Assembly: GCA_049297495.1 (NCBI GenBank)
Contig: JBAQUL010000015.1
Location: forward strand, 128,609-192,608
Length of the DNA stretch: 64,000 bases
Origin: Candidatus Moraniibacteriota bacterium
GTDB taxonomy: Bacteria > Patescibacteriota > Minisyncoccia > Moranbacterales > UBA2206
Reading direction: 5' to 3'
Part shown: positions 48,994 to 60,150 of the stretch, piece by piece
How the letters are laid out: every line of letters starts with the position of its first letter
Numbering within the stretch: position 1 is the first letter of the stretch
The notes under the pieces: generated by a model
The model's input: the letters and a program-made list of their open reading frames with translations, nothing else
Database searches by the model: none
What the model was told of the DNA's origin: nothing
Program-made: the position numbers and the translations under genes

Positions 48994-49235
48994 TATTATG
49001 GTGATAATATTATGGCAACAATTCGCTGATTATCGCCAAGCAAAGAACAGCTTCTCAAGAAAAAACTAACCTTCTCGAGATTAATAGGATACAGCTAAAT
49101 TAGATGAAAGTCAATAATTCATCAATCAAAGGCATGAACCGCGGGGCAAGCCCTGGACACTATTCGTGGTAAGCCACGGAGAATTTACTCCAAATTAGCT
49201 CGTCCGCCGAATCCGCCAGCTGGCGGAGTAGGAGG

Positions 49236-49272
49236 ATTGAAAAAGGGTTATGAATCTCTTCATAACCCTTTT
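49236..49272 (-). terminator. Rho-independent terminator downstream of epimerase-family gene
   Basis: Stem aaaagggttatgaa/ttcataaccctttt (49241..49272) with a T-run on the minus strand (plus-strand gaaaaa at 49236..49241). Confidence 0.5.
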
Positions 49273-49318
49273 GTGACCAATACGCCGGTCAAAGCTTTTC
49301 TACGGAAAAGATCATTTT

Positions 49319-50071
49319 TTACGCCTTGCGCTCAGACTTGGCAAAGGGTCTGATGGTACAAGTAATTTCTGATTGCTCTCCCGTGTAAAGAAATTTTCCT
49401 TTTTTGGGGTTGGCAAACAGCTCCCTTTGTGCCATTACTGGCTCGACGCAGAAATACTGTTCAGGATCGTCACTCCAAGTGAAGACACTGGACTGTGCAT
49501 TAAAATCTCCGCCAAGCTCCATTCTCACCCACCATTTTCCCGTATTGATATAGATGAGTTTATGAGAAGAGCAAGACTTAGCCACATCATTAAACTCACC
49601 AATCTTTGTTTTGCCAATCTGGGCAAAATGCTTGCCGAGAGAGCGAAAGAACGGATGAAATGCAGGATTTATCGGCGCTCCAGCAGCATGCCCATCGGCA
49701 ACTCTTTTTACGCGCAGTTTTAATGTCAAACCATTTATCCCGCAAATGGATGCCCAGACTTCGTATTTCAATAACCATGGGTAGGATTTTGTTGGTTCAT
49801 TCCTACCACCAAATCCCGCGCGCGTCTTGGAAAATTCAATTGGATTAAGCTCCTGATTTCGAAGCCAGCCGTGACGATTATACTCGGAAAACTTTTTCGG
49901 AGGTGCCCCAAAAAAAGGAAAGCAAATTGGAATTCCTCCTCGCTGCTTTTCGCCCACCTTTCTTTCCGGATAGATAATCTCGCTCCCCTCCCAAACAAAA
50001 TTTGATAAGATTCCGCCGAAGGAAGACAAATCGGCATACGCATCACCGTTTCCAATCCGTATTATCATCAT
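49319..50071 (-). CDS. Aldose 1-epimerase family protein (glucose-6-phosphate 1-epimerase/YeaD-like)
   Basis: RGGIPICFPFFG motif characteristic of D-hexose-6-phosphate mutarotases. About 47 % GC. Confidence 0.65.
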   Translation of the reverse strand: MMIIRIGNGDAYADLSSFGGILSNFVWEGSEIIYPERKVGEKQRGGIPICFPFFGAPPKKFSEYNRHGWLRNQELNPIEFSKTRAGFGGRNEPTKSYPWLLKYEVWASICGINGLTLKLRVKRVADGHAAGAPINPAFHPFFRSLGKHFAQIGKTKIGEFNDVAKSCSSHKLIYINTGKWWVRMELGGDFNAQSSVFTWSDDPEQYFCVEPVMAQRELFANPKKGKFLYTGEQSEITCTIRPFAKSERKA

Positions 50072-50254
50072 TACCCCCTTTTTGATGTACGTTTTGTGAC
50101 ATGATTGTCACATTTAATTTCGCCAAATTTTTCAGGTGCTTCCAAAGAGTCTACCGGAAAATACAGCAATTGTCAATCAACTGAGAACATAAAAAAAGAG
50201 GCGGTGTCCACTCGGTGAACACCCCTCTCGTCACTTCAATCAGCATTAGTCTGG

Positions 50255-50458
50255 CTAAAGTGCATATTTGCTATGCATCCATACCTCATACTCCGGGTGG
50301 AGTTTTTCGGCAACGAAGTCAAACAAAGATTCTATGTTGATACTATCAAAATCGATTTTATATTCGATCCCCCTGTTTGCACATTCCTGCTGGATATAGG
50401 CAAGGAGCGCATCCTTATCCATCGACAGAAGCTCGGTCAATAAATCTTTCTCGCTCAT
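50255..50458 (-). CDS. Hypothetical protein (67 aa)
   Basis: Co-oriented and closely spaced with the next two unknown genes. Higher GC. Confidence 0.3.
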   Translation of the reverse strand: MSEKDLLTELLSMDKDALLAYIQQECANRGIEYKIDFDSINIESLFDFVAEKLHPEYEVWMHSKYAL

Positions 50459-50470
50459 CCCACCCCCCTT

Positions 50471-51133
50471 TCATAACATTGAAATTGCTGCCAACATCTC
50501 CAATCCCTCAGCAACATCATGAGAAAGTGGAATCGGTTTTTTGCGCCAGTGCAGATAGATTGCCTTCAACATATCCAGATTAGGATATTCCGGCAACGGT
50601 CCCATGACCTTAAGGGCTCGCCAATATTTTTGCAAAAAATGCTGGAAACCCGTAATGGGCTGCGTCACCGTCTTCTTACCGGGAAGATTCAGGTGTGGCG
50701 GAACTATCTCCCAATTAGAGTCTGGATAGCGAAGTGTCACGCCAACGCCGTCTTCCAACAGGTAAATAATCCTTTTGAGCATCACGGCTTCAGAAAGACT
50801 CAGGAGCTTGTCGCCAAGTTGAAAAATAACCTGAAGCATACTGACCTGTGGAGGCATTGGCTCATAGAGATAAACCGCCTTGGCCCAAGAGGCACCCCGG
50901 TATTTCTGCACAGAAGGCAAAAAATAAACCTTGTTGCCACTGATACCCTTGAGCAATGGCAGGTCGCGCTTCTTGACTTTGTACCGGCCGTTAATGCAAC
51001 CATTGTAGTAGACGCCTTCTTCAAATATTGACTCATAAACAAATCTCAAGGTAAGCGTGCCCGTTAATCCATTCCAGTTCGGCAAAATTCTTTTCGTAAA
51101 ACATCTGTCACTATTCCATGATACATTTTTCAT
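50471..51133 (-). CDS. Hypothetical protein (220 aa)
   Basis: No recognisable motif. Higher-GC region. Confidence 0.35.
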   Translation of the reverse strand: MKNVSWNSDRCFTKRILPNWNGLTGTLTLRFVYESIFEEGVYYNGCINGRYKVKKRDLPLLKGISGNKVYFLPSVQKYRGASWAKAVYLYEPMPPQVSMLQVIFQLGDKLLSLSEAVMLKRIIYLLEDGVGVTLRYPDSNWEIVPPHLNLPGKKTVTQPITGFQHFLQKYWRALKVMGPLPEYPNLDMLKAIYLHWRKKPIPLSHDVAEGLEMLAAISML

Positions 51134-51185
51134 CTAACCCCTCCCCGTTTTTGACATCATACAATCAATTAGCCTAACAAAAAAT

Positions 51186-52277
51186 TCATCCCATCTCAGA
51201 AATAAGCCCTTCTTCGGTTTGCCTTTCCTTTAATTGCGAATACTCCTGCAGCTCAACTCTTTCTCGACTGTCCGCAAACGCCTTATTAAGGCACTCAGCC
51301 AACTCAGAATCAAGCGTTCCAAACTCCGCCAAAATTTTACTGGCAGCTGCAGTTGTTTCAATATCGTAGATAACAAATTTATCAAATACGACAAACTGCG
51401 CAATGCGATGGCGCAGCTCCTCATACCTTTCTCCGGAAAAATGATTAAGCAATCGAAGCAGTTGACAGCCAGCAATCAGTTGCCTGCCAAAATTCCATTT
51501 TTCCAGAATGAATTCAACTTGAGATTCAAAGAGATCTCGCGAATAATTCAGCTGATTATGCAGCTGAGCCTGAATGATAGTCGCATAGCACTTCAACGCG
51601 TCCTCCCAATCTTCACGAGGACTTGTCAGTCTAGCGCGTTCAAGCTCGATAATTTTTCGCATTTCCTGATCCGCTCTCTTTTTCCATTCAATATCAATCT
51701 TTGGCATGCGCAAAAGTGTCTCGAATGGATGATAGCCAGAAACACATTCCGGACTCTCAAAAGTCGAGATGTCCCGAAGAGAGAGCTGCGGAAATATTTC
51801 TTCGCATCTTTTCTGAGGAAGCAGACCGAGTAGCGTCAAAATGCATGTGTTATAAAAACACAACGGACTGTGGTACTCGTCCCGAACTACGATAGGCGTT
51901 CTATCTTCCCGCATAACGATTGTTGGACGATCGGAATGCAAGGGCTTCAAAATTTTGCAAAAACCAATCACCAGGTCAGTTGCATAATTCAAAAGCTCCG
52001 ACGTAAGCCCTTCCAAAAAATTCGGGAAGCGATAGTCAAAACCACCCAGTTCCCCTTTCCAATAAATGGGATTATACTCCCGGAAAGGCACGAGAAGCAA
52101 AAAGACTGCTCTGCGCTTTATACTCTCCCGCACATCCTGGTTGAGCAGCACAATAAGACTATCCATCCCTCTTGTATTGCCGTCCACCCATCGCCGCCAA
52201 ATTTGATCATCCCCTACTGAAAACCACTTGATACGCAAATCTTCGATGAAACTTTTCAGTGTAATTAACATAGTCAC
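51186..52277 (-). CDS. Hypothetical protein (363 aa)
   Basis: No recognisable motif. Higher-GC region. Confidence 0.35.
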   Translation of the reverse strand: MTMLITLKSFIEDLRIKWFSVGDDQIWRRWVDGNTRGMDSLIVLLNQDVRESIKRRAVFLLLVPFREYNPIYWKGELGGFDYRFPNFLEGLTSELLNYATDLVIGFCKILKPLHSDRPTIVMREDRTPIVVRDEYHSPLCFYNTCILTLLGLLPQKRCEEIFPQLSLRDISTFESPECVSGYHPFETLLRMPKIDIEWKKRADQEMRKIIELERARLTSPREDWEDALKCYATIIQAQLHNQLNYSRDLFESQVEFILEKWNFGRQLIAGCQLLRLLNHFSGERYEELRHRIAQFVVFDKFVIYDIETTAAASKILAEFGTLDSELAECLNKAFADSRERVELQEYSQLKERQTEEGLISEMG

Positions 52278-52450
52278 CCTCCCCGATTTTTATAGTACGA
52301 TTTATATTTTAGCGACAAGTTTGCCGCCATTATTTTTTCAGGTACTTCAAACTAGCTTACTGCAAAACCAGCCTTTTGTCAAGGCGAATAAAGCATTTTT
52401 TCTATTTTTAGCTACCTCTAACACCAACCCTCCTCCCCTAAGTATTATTG

Positions 52451-53833
52451 TTATTTTTTCACAATGACCAATTTTTTCATCACTTTTTTTGCATAAACTA
52501 ATGAAATAGCCACCGCGGTCCAATTAATGGCAAAAATTCCCCACCAAACACCGTCGAGTTGCCAATTGAGCACACGAGAGAAAAAATAGAAAAAAATAAT
52601 TGGCGCGATGATTTGTCGATAGATTCCAATCCAAAACGCAAAGTTGGGCTTTTTGAGACCTTGTAAGGTAGAAACGACTACGTAGAGGATCATATAGGCC
52701 CAGTAGATCCAGATGGAAATGTGAAGATAGTGGACACCAATTTTAATTACTTCAGCGTCGTGAGTGAAAAGCGAGATGAAAGGCATGGCGAAAATATAGG
52801 CACCAATCATTCCAATTGATATGACTAAAAATCCATAACGCATTACCGTGCGATAGACTTCGAGGCAGCGTTCAAATTTTCCCGCACCATTATTTTGTCC
52901 AACTAGTGTAAGCGTGGCGGTAGTAAGTCCAATCGATGGAAGCATCGCGATTTGGTCCATTCTGGTCATAATGCCATAAGCAGCCACAGCTGCTTTGCCA
53001 AAAGGCGCAACAAAATAGGTAATGATAAAAATTCCTACCGCAATCGTAAGCATATTAAGACTGGCCGGAAAACCTTGAGCAAACAAAGCTTTATAATATC
53101 TTGCTTTAGGATAAAGAAGCGGAAAACATTCTCTACAAAGCACCCCGCGCTGCGTGAGCACCCAGCCCATATATGCGACACCACTGATTTGAATGACGAC
53201 TGTCGCCCACGCCACGCCAGAAAGTCCCATTGCCGGAAAGCCAAGCCAACCAAACATAAAAGCTGGATCCAAAAAACAATTTAAAAAAAATCCCACGATC
53301 AAAAAATTGCGAAATGTTTTTGTGTCACCGCGTGAATTCAAAATTCCACTCATCACAAAAGTGAGAATAAGAAAAACTGATCCCAAAAGGATAACATTAA
53401 TATAGTCTACAGCGATGGCAAGGTATTGACCTTGAGCCCCCAGCACGCCAAAGAGGAAAGGAGAAATCAGATAGCCAAGCACAGAAAGAAATATGCTGAC
53501 AATAACAGAAAAACTAAGCGCTTGCGAAGCAAAGATTCTCGCTTCATTTTCATCACCCGCCCCCACTGCATTTGCAATAAGCGCGGTTGCACCAGTAGAA
53601 ACGCCGGTGCCCAAAGCGATGATAATAAAGAAGACTGGAAATGACAAAGAAAGCGCCGCCAGAGCTTCGGTCGAAACTAATCCACCGAAATAGGTGTCCA
53701 CAGCGTTATACATCGTATTGAAGAAAAAACCCACACTGACTGGCACCGCAATCATCCGGATTTGTTTTGAAATATTTCCTTGTGTCAGATTATCATTTTC
53801 CATAAATTTGATTTTATTCGCATTACCCATCAT
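52451..53833 (-). CDS. MATE family efflux transporter
   Basis: 12 TM topology and MATE-like N-terminus (IRMIAVPVSVGFFFNTMYNAVDTYFGG). Confidence 0.8.
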   Translation of the reverse strand: MMGNANKIKFMENDNLTQGNISKQIRMIAVPVSVGFFFNTMYNAVDTYFGGLVSTEALAALSLSFPVFFIIIALGTGVSTGATALIANAVGAGDENEARIFASQALSFSVIVSIFLSVLGYLISPFLFGVLGAQGQYLAIAVDYINVILLGSVFLILTFVMSGILNSRGDTKTFRNFLIVGFFLNCFLDPAFMFGWLGFPAMGLSGVAWATVVIQISGVAYMGWVLTQRGVLCRECFPLLYPKARYYKALFAQGFPASLNMLTIAVGIFIITYFVAPFGKAAVAAYGIMTRMDQIAMLPSIGLTTATLTLVGQNNGAGKFERCLEVYRTVMRYGFLVISIGMIGAYIFAMPFISLFTHDAEVIKIGVHYLHISIWIYWAYMILYVVVSTLQGLKKPNFAFWIGIYRQIIAPIIFFYFFSRVLNWQLDGVWWGIFAINWTAVAISLVYAKKVMKKLVIVKK

Positions 53834-54486
53834 CTCTCAAAAATCCATTTCGTTTCCGGCAGTGTCAGCGCAAGTACAAGAAGTACGCAATAAAATATAA
53901 AAGTAGAGATTCGTGAAGCAGAAGAAAATTTGAGCGCGCTTCCAACTGATTGCTTGGGAAAAAGCGAACCGGCACTCAGGTTCGTTGAAGAATAGATTTC
54001 GTCCAAAATCAAATGTCCAATATACCCGATTGTAACTGACGCTCCGATAAGTAATTCTTTTCCAGTAACGATTGAAAGAATATGTGAAAACCAAATCATT
54101 AAAAGACCAAAAAGAATTGCCGCCGGGATAGAATGAAACATCCCTCTGTGATGAGTAAATTGTTTGAAAATCGACCCGGCCACAAAACGGATGAGAATGA
54201 AAGACAAGGCCGGAATGAAAAACAAAATTTTCAAACTCCGCTCCCCTTCCTGATAGAAATTGAAAAATATGAGACCGGCAAATCCCGCCCCTAAAAGTCC
54301 AAAAAGAATTTGAAAAGGAACGCCATCATCCAAGTCAAGGTCAGGCAAAAATGAGCCCAAGAGCACAGCAGAAAAAATCCAGATGGCTGATTCGACTCCG
54401 GAAAATATCGAAAAAATCAATCCAGCCACAACCAAGCCAACCCCAACAAAAACTCCCCAACCCATATGTGTTCTAAATTTGGCCAT
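53830..54486 (-). CDS. Membrane-bound metal-dependent hydrolase (DUF457/YdjM-like)
   Basis: HMGWGVF N-terminus, HRGMFHS and GHLILDEIYS motifs across 5-6 TM helices. Confidence 0.55.
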   Translation of the reverse strand: MAKFRTHMGWGVFVGVGLVVAGLIFSIFSGVESAIWIFSAVLLGSFLPDLDLDDGVPFQILFGLLGAGFAGLIFFNFYQEGERSLKILFFIPALSFILIRFVAGSIFKQFTHHRGMFHSIPAAILFGLLMIWFSHILSIVTGKELLIGASVTIGYIGHLILDEIYSSTNLSAGSLFPKQSVGSALKFSSASRISTFIFYCVLLVLALTLPETKWIFER

Positions 54487-54623
54487 TATTTAGTATGGAA
54501 TTAATTATTTATATATTCACACTTTCATATTAACTCAAGCCCTTTCTTTCGTAAAGAAAAACGCCCTGTCATCATCAAATGATGCCAGGGCGGTCAAGGT
54601 ACGTCAGGGTTTTATTTGAAACC

Positions 54624-56537
54624 CTAAAAATCTTTAAAATCACCTTCATCCATCGGGATGAATTTTTTCGACGCAGAAATTCTTCCTTTTGTCGGCTTCC
54701 TGATTACTGTTAAGTTTTTTTGAGCCGCTTGCTTGATCGGCTTAACAGCTTTCTGGTGCTTAATAGACGTTATTGCCACAGAAGAATCAACATCCCCACT
54801 CACCAGAGTAGATAAATTGTAAACGAAACTTTTCATCTCCTCGGCCTGTGCATTCAATTCTTCTGCGGAGGCAGCCGCTTCTTCCGCCGTTGCAGCATTT
54901 CCTTGGACAACCTTGTCCATCTCTGTAACAGCCTGATTCACCTGCTCGATGCCTTGCGCCTGTTCCGAAGATGCAGCGGCAATTTCACCAACCAGTTCAC
55001 CCACTTTCGTAGTACTCTGAGAAACTTCCCCGAAAGCCTCGTCAGTGATTCTCACCAACTCCGTTCCATCAGAAACCTTCTTTACGGTACCTTCAATGAG
55101 GCCTGCAGTATTTTTAGCAGCGTCTGCGGCGCGCAAAGCCAGATTACGAACTTCATCCGCTACAACCGCAAACCCAGCGCCAGCCTCTCCTGCTCTCGCA
55201 GCTTCAACGGCTGCATTCAAAGCCAAGAGATTGGTCTGAAATGCGATCTCATCAATTGTTTTGATAATTTTTGATGTTTCATCACTGGCTCTTGAAATCT
55301 CATGCATCGCCACTGTCAACTGGTTCATTGACGCATTTGCCCTGTTTACGACTTGATTGGCCTGTTTCATAAGTGAATCAGCCGTCCCAGCATTGTCAGC
55401 ATTTTGTTTTGTCATTGAAGATATCTCCTCTAGCGACGAAGAAATTTCTTCTATCGCTGCCGCCTGCTCCGAGGAACCTTCCGCTAGCGATTGCGACGCA
55501 GAAGAAACTTCCCCCGCTGCGGAGGATACTTGTTCTGCGGCCTCATGCAAGCCATCCACAATATTGTTGATTGGCCGTGAAATACTATGACTGAAAAACC
55601 AAATTACCAACAAAGCAAGCGCCAAGGAAACAGAAGCAACCAAAACCATAGCCTTTCGCATGGCAGTCAAGGAGCTCATGAATTCATCTGTCTCCTGAGT
55701 AAAACCGACACTCCATCCGGTCAAATCGACCGGAGCAAAACCAGCGATTTTTTCGATGCCCTCAAAGACATATAAATCAACGCCAGTCTGCTGTGCCAGC
55801 ATCTTACCCATAATCAATTTCATGTCTTTTAGGGCGGCCAAATTAAGCTCGAGGATATGTTTGGTATTGGGATGAACAATCACTAATCCATTTCGATCAA
55901 CCATGAAAGGATACCCAGTCTTTCCAATCTTGACCGCCAGTATCTTTTCAGTCAGAAAATCGATTTTGAGAATAATTGCCAGGGCGCCGGTAAACTGACC
56001 TGAGGAAGAAAAAACCGGAACACAAATTGGAACAACCGGATTTCCGGTTTTTTTGGATTTCACAGGGCTTGAAATATTGATTTTATTCGCCTTGGCATCC
56101 TGAAAATATGACCGGTCCTTCACGGATATGCCCTTGTTTCCACCACCGATGCTATCGGCGTAGACGACACCTTCGGCGTCGCAAACAACAATGCTTTCAT
56201 AGTTTTCTCCAATCTGCTTCATGGTGTTAATTAGTTTTTGCTCCAACCGTTGGATGTCCGCGACCGAGCCATTGACGCCAGCCTCAGCCACTTTGGCTCC
56301 AGCTTCGATTGTAGTGTTGCCAACAGCCAGATCCTTGGCAATCTTAATTTCCTCCTGCAGCACCGCTTGAGTTAAAGCCGCCAGACTTTTCGCGATACTT
56401 TCGGCGTTTTGCTGATTCATTGCTTTCAAGTCTCCTGACAACCGCATGTCCGAAAAGACAGCGAATGCCAGAAGTGGCAGCAGCACGCATAACGTGCCAC
56501 CCACTAACAATTTAAAGTTAAGGCTTCGATTTTTCAT
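54624..56537 (-). CDS. Methyl-accepting chemotaxis protein with extracellular Cache-like sensor
   Basis: N-terminal TM and periplasmic sensor, second TM, HAMP. Highly conserved MCP signalling domain ([53 protein letters not shown]). Confidence 0.85.
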   Translation of the reverse strand: MKNRSLNFKLLVGGTLCVLLPLLAFAVFSDMRLSGDLKAMNQQNAESIAKSLAALTQAVLQEEIKIAKDLAVGNTTIEAGAKVAEAGVNGSVADIQRLEQKLINTMKQIGENYESIVVCDAEGVVYADSIGGGNKGISVKDRSYFQDAKANKINISSPVKSKKTGNPVVPICVPVFSSSGQFTGALAIILKIDFLTEKILAVKIGKTGYPFMVDRNGLVIVHPNTKHILELNLAALKDMKLIMGKMLAQQTGVDLYVFEGIEKIAGFAPVDLTGWSVGFTQETDEFMSSLTAMRKAMVLVASVSLALALLVIWFFSHSISRPINNIVDGLHEAAEQVSSAAGEVSSASQSLAEGSSEQAAAIEEISSSLEEISSMTKQNADNAGTADSLMKQANQVVNRANASMNQLTVAMHEISRASDETSKIIKTIDEIAFQTNLLALNAAVEAARAGEAGAGFAVVADEVRNLALRAADAAKNTAGLIEGTVKKVSDGTELVRITDEAFGEVSQSTTKVGELVGEIAAASSEQAQGIEQVNQAVTEMDKVVQGNAATAEEAAASAEELNAQAEEMKSFVYNLSTLVSGDVDSSVAITSIKHQKAVKPIKQAAQKNLTVIRKPTKGRISASKKFIPMDEGDFKDF

Positions 56538-56787
56538 TATGCACTCCCTTCAATTTATGAGTATGATGTCATTGCTTCATCTAACTTGTCAATACAGCAA
56601 TAAAAACTTTTACACCCCCTCTCGATAATATTTTTTAAACTTGTTTTTAAAATTGTCAAAGATCAGTCATTAGGATGCTACTTTACATGTTTTCAGCTTT
56701 TATGTCAAATTGTTCATGGGCTATGCCACAATAAAAAAACAAGGCTTAGCTAAGCCTTGTTTTAATACTCCCACAAAACAAGAATTG

Positions 56788-58866
56788 CTAAATTTTCGGC
56801 TTGATATCGGATTGACTTTTGGAGGTAAAAATATCCCGAAAAAGCTCTCTAATCTTATCATAATTATCCCCTCTTGGCAGCAAGATAAAACCAGTCTCCG
56901 CGGTAGCATCTGGCGCATAGAGCAATCCTTCTTTTGAATCCTCTAGTACTTTTTGATAAATTTTAGGATTATCCATTCCCTTATATAATTCAAACATTCT
57001 TCTCATCTCCGAAAGTTGCATATCAGTTCGAACATTGTCCCCGAGATTATTCAAGATAGCATTAATTTTTCCGAAATCACCAAATCCGAACTGCGAAGAT
57101 TTTTGCTTGAGTTGCGAAAGCACCAATTGTTGTCTTTTTGCTCTTTCAAAATCACTTGTCAAATAGCGAGAACGGATAAAGCAGAGCGCTTTTTCTCCGC
57201 TGAGCACATTCTTCCCTGCCGGCAAAGAAAAATTTCCACCACATTCCGGATTTTTATTCTTGCACAGTGGATAGCGCGAGACAACCTTTTTATTCTTTGT
57301 CCTCTCCTTAAACTCTCCGGTTGGTATCGTGAATGTTTCCGAATCACAAACTTTAATATCAATAAATTGTGCACTTTCATTGAACGGTTTTGCCAGATCG
57401 ACTTCTACGCCACCCAATGTGTCAACCAATTGCACAAATCCATTAGTGCTAACTATGGCAGTGTAGTGGATAGTGAGCCCGGAAATATCACCCACTAGCT
57501 GCTCCATGTCAGAAATACCTTGACCAACTCCCTTTTCTTCGCCATAGATATAGACTGCATTAATCTTGCTTTTATTATCTCTGCCAGGATCCATAACCCA
57601 TAAATCTCGCGGGATAGAGACAAGGGAAATCTTATTGGCCTTGGGCTTTATGGTTGCCACCATGATTGTGTCAGTATTCAACCCGCCTCCTAAATGATTG
57701 GCTCCAAGAACTCCCAAAAGAAGAATATTTATTTGATCATCACTCTCACCTTTCAGTGGACCTTGACTATCAAGACCAGCCTGAACGATGTTGCCGATAG
57801 AGGCACCGTTCACGGAAATCTTATCCAAGGTATTTTTCAACCTCCAAAAAGCAATAAGCCCAGAGATTGCAACAATCAAAAAGATAACAGCCAGAGTAAT
57901 CCACCATTTACGACTTTTACTTTTTATCCTTTTGGCGTGAGTAATATGAAAAAGTCTGATTTTCTCACGCAAAGACAAAAACAGACTTGACCACCTTTTC
58001 CATGAAAAAAATAATCTGATTTTTTTGAAATACACTGAGATTAAAACTATAGTGACTATGAGCAGCAAAATTGCAACCACAACCATTCCCTGCATTCGAC
58101 GATTTATTTTTAAGTTGCCCCAAAAAGTTTGCTGTTCAATCACTTTTTTTTGAACAACACCTTTCGGAAAACCCATGACAGTTATCATGCCCTCGTTAGC
58201 AACAACTCCCTTGTATGAATAATACACATCCGGATCCTTTCGATTATTGATCCGATCGACGCATTCTACTGTAGCCGCTTGAAGACCAATGAAGCATTTT
58301 TTGGTCACATTGTCCCGATCAACTCTTTGGGGCAGGTTAATTTTTATTTCTGGATACTTCACATAGACCGGCCAACGATCACCAGTAGCATTCCAAAATA
58401 GTTCATCATGATCAGATAGAAATCTTATCGCGCCTGAAATGCTATAATGAATGACGTATGTTTTCGTTCCCGATATTAACTGCTCCGTATCACCGATACT
58501 AATTTCCAAATATTTCTTTTTTTTATCCTCACTTTGCGATTGAGACTGAGCAAAGTTATATTGATTGCCATCCTTATCTGTCACCGAAACATCCGAAATA
58601 TCGATCGAAATATTAGTTCCCTCCAAATTCTGATAATTTAAAGGAACATATCGGGTTATTCCTGGCTTTGTGTTATTCCCAAAGTTATACTCAATTGTTT
58701 CTGTAACAAAAATAGTCGAATCCGACTTAATATCTATAACAACACTATTTGAATCCACATGCTCCACGCCATCAGGAATAATACTTTCTGCCAGCACCGG
58801 ACTGGCAAAAAAAGTTATGCCTGCGATAAAACTGATTGCGAATAAATAAATTCTTTTCATAGACAA
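56788..58866 (-). CDS. LytR-CpsA-Psr (LCP) family protein with N-terminal DUF2207-like domain
   Basis: The signal peptide and N-terminal extracytoplasmic domain are followed by a TM segment and then the LCP core (INILLLGVLG...TDTIMVATIKPKANKISLVSIPRDLWV). Confidence 0.65.
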   Translation of the reverse strand: MSMKRIYLFAISFIAGITFFASPVLAESIIPDGVEHVDSNSVVIDIKSDSTIFVTETIEYNFGNNTKPGITRYVPLNYQNLEGTNISIDISDVSVTDKDGNQYNFAQSQSQSEDKKKKYLEISIGDTEQLISGTKTYVIHYSISGAIRFLSDHDELFWNATGDRWPVYVKYPEIKINLPQRVDRDNVTKKCFIGLQAATVECVDRINNRKDPDVYYSYKGVVANEGMITVMGFPKGVVQKKVIEQQTFWGNLKINRRMQGMVVVAILLLIVTIVLISVYFKKIRLFFSWKRWSSLFLSLREKIRLFHITHAKRIKSKSRKWWITLAVIFLIVAISGLIAFWRLKNTLDKISVNGASIGNIVQAGLDSQGPLKGESDDQINILLLGVLGANHLGGGLNTDTIMVATIKPKANKISLVSIPRDLWVMDPGRDNKSKINAVYIYGEEKGVGQGISDMEQLVGDISGLTIHYTAIVSTNGFVQLVDTLGGVEVDLAKPFNESAQFIDIKVCDSETFTIPTGEFKERTKNKKVVSRYPLCKNKNPECGGNFSLPAGKNVLSGEKALCFIRSRYLTSDFERAKRQQLVLSQLKQKSSQFGFGDFGKINAILNNLGDNVRTDMQLSEMRRMFELYKGMDNPKIYQKVLEDSKEGLLYAPDATAETGFILLPRGDNYDKIRELFRDIFTSKSQSDIKPKI

Positions 58867-59040
58867 AAACTCAAAAAATGATTGAAAAAAATAAACAGGC
58901 CCAAAGTTACGCCGGTCGCCTGATTATGAATTAGATTATAACTAATGACATGCTCCGCTCAAATCCATAGGTACAATTCTAACAGCTTTTAACATCTCTT
59001 GCAACCGAATATTTGCCAATAGGCATATCAAAATCCTGAT

Positions 59041-59877
59041 TTAATTTTTCCTAATCTCAGCTGAGTAATTAGGCACGTCACCAATTCTTTCTGACATCTC
59101 GTTTATGTTATATTTTTCTCTGGCCTTTTCAATCGGAAGTTTGGTATCCAAAAGCCCCCGCTTCAATGCAAGCTCATCAGCTGATGAAGTCACCCACAAT
59201 TGCCAAGAGAAAGCAGAAATACGTCCGGGAGTAAGCTTATTCACATGACTAGCAATTCTTGAGGTGCAATTAGCAAATAAGGTGTTATACCAAGTCGGAT
59301 CAGTCGTAGCCAGCCGATTCATCTCTTTGAGCATATCCACCAGAAGCAATTTGGCATTTTCAGGCTTTTCCAATTTTACTGGATAAACATACACCTTATC
59401 TTTGCGCAAATTAGCACGCAAAAGGACAACATCCCTTTCGTCAGCCGCGATATATACAAGCGGATAAGCATGCAGCATACCTTTTAGGGTACTATATTTT
59501 TGACCTTTCGTTTTACGCGCTTCAATACTAATCGCCAAAAAATCTCCATTATTAAACTCAAAAGAAACAAACGTATGTGCTGCTATCTTATTTTCATTAA
59601 AGGGCTCCGTCACATACCAAACTTTTTTAATCTGACTCAAATCATAGGTCCTGTCATAATAACTCGGATACATATCAGCTTCAGTTGGATAGTAACGAAA
59701 ATTCCGCACATTCCTGATGGTAGCAAGATCACCATTAAACTCAGCGACTGAAATTACTGCCAGCTGCTCTTGCCAGTCCTCCTTGAGCGAAGGCTTGTCT
59801 AAAAAATACCAGCCAAAAAAAATCACTAACAGCCCCACCGCCACAATCATGTTTTTTTTGCTTCTTGAAATATGCAT
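59041..59877 (-). CDS. DUF4105-domain membrane-anchored protein
   Basis: N-terminal TM. The core HTFVSFEF...AISIEARK...YIAADERD resembles DUF4105. Confidence 0.45.
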   Translation of the reverse strand: MHISRSKKNMIVAVGLLVIFFGWYFLDKPSLKEDWQEQLAVISVAEFNGDLATIRNVRNFRYYPTEADMYPSYYDRTYDLSQIKKVWYVTEPFNENKIAAHTFVSFEFNNGDFLAISIEARKTKGQKYSTLKGMLHAYPLVYIAADERDVVLLRANLRKDKVYVYPVKLEKPENAKLLLVDMLKEMNRLATTDPTWYNTLFANCTSRIASHVNKLTPGRISAFSWQLWVTSSADELALKRGLLDTKLPIEKAREKYNINEMSERIGDVPNYSAEIRKN

Positions 59878-60150
59878 ATACTTTTTACTATAAAATTCCC
59901 TATGACTCTACTACAATTTTATCACAAAAGGCCCCATACGCATACCACTTATCGTAAACCAGAACAGCCAGCCCAAAAGAGCCCACCTCATCACGGGCCA
60001 GCATGCACACCTTGAACCAGTACGCTGGAAAATTGGGATTGGATTGAAGTGAGATTGGAGCGAGCGATGGCTTTGATGAAATAAAAAAACTGGCCATCAG
60101 TGCTTTTTGAGCGTCTGATAGCCAGGAACTAAATTTCGAGCACCTCGCGC

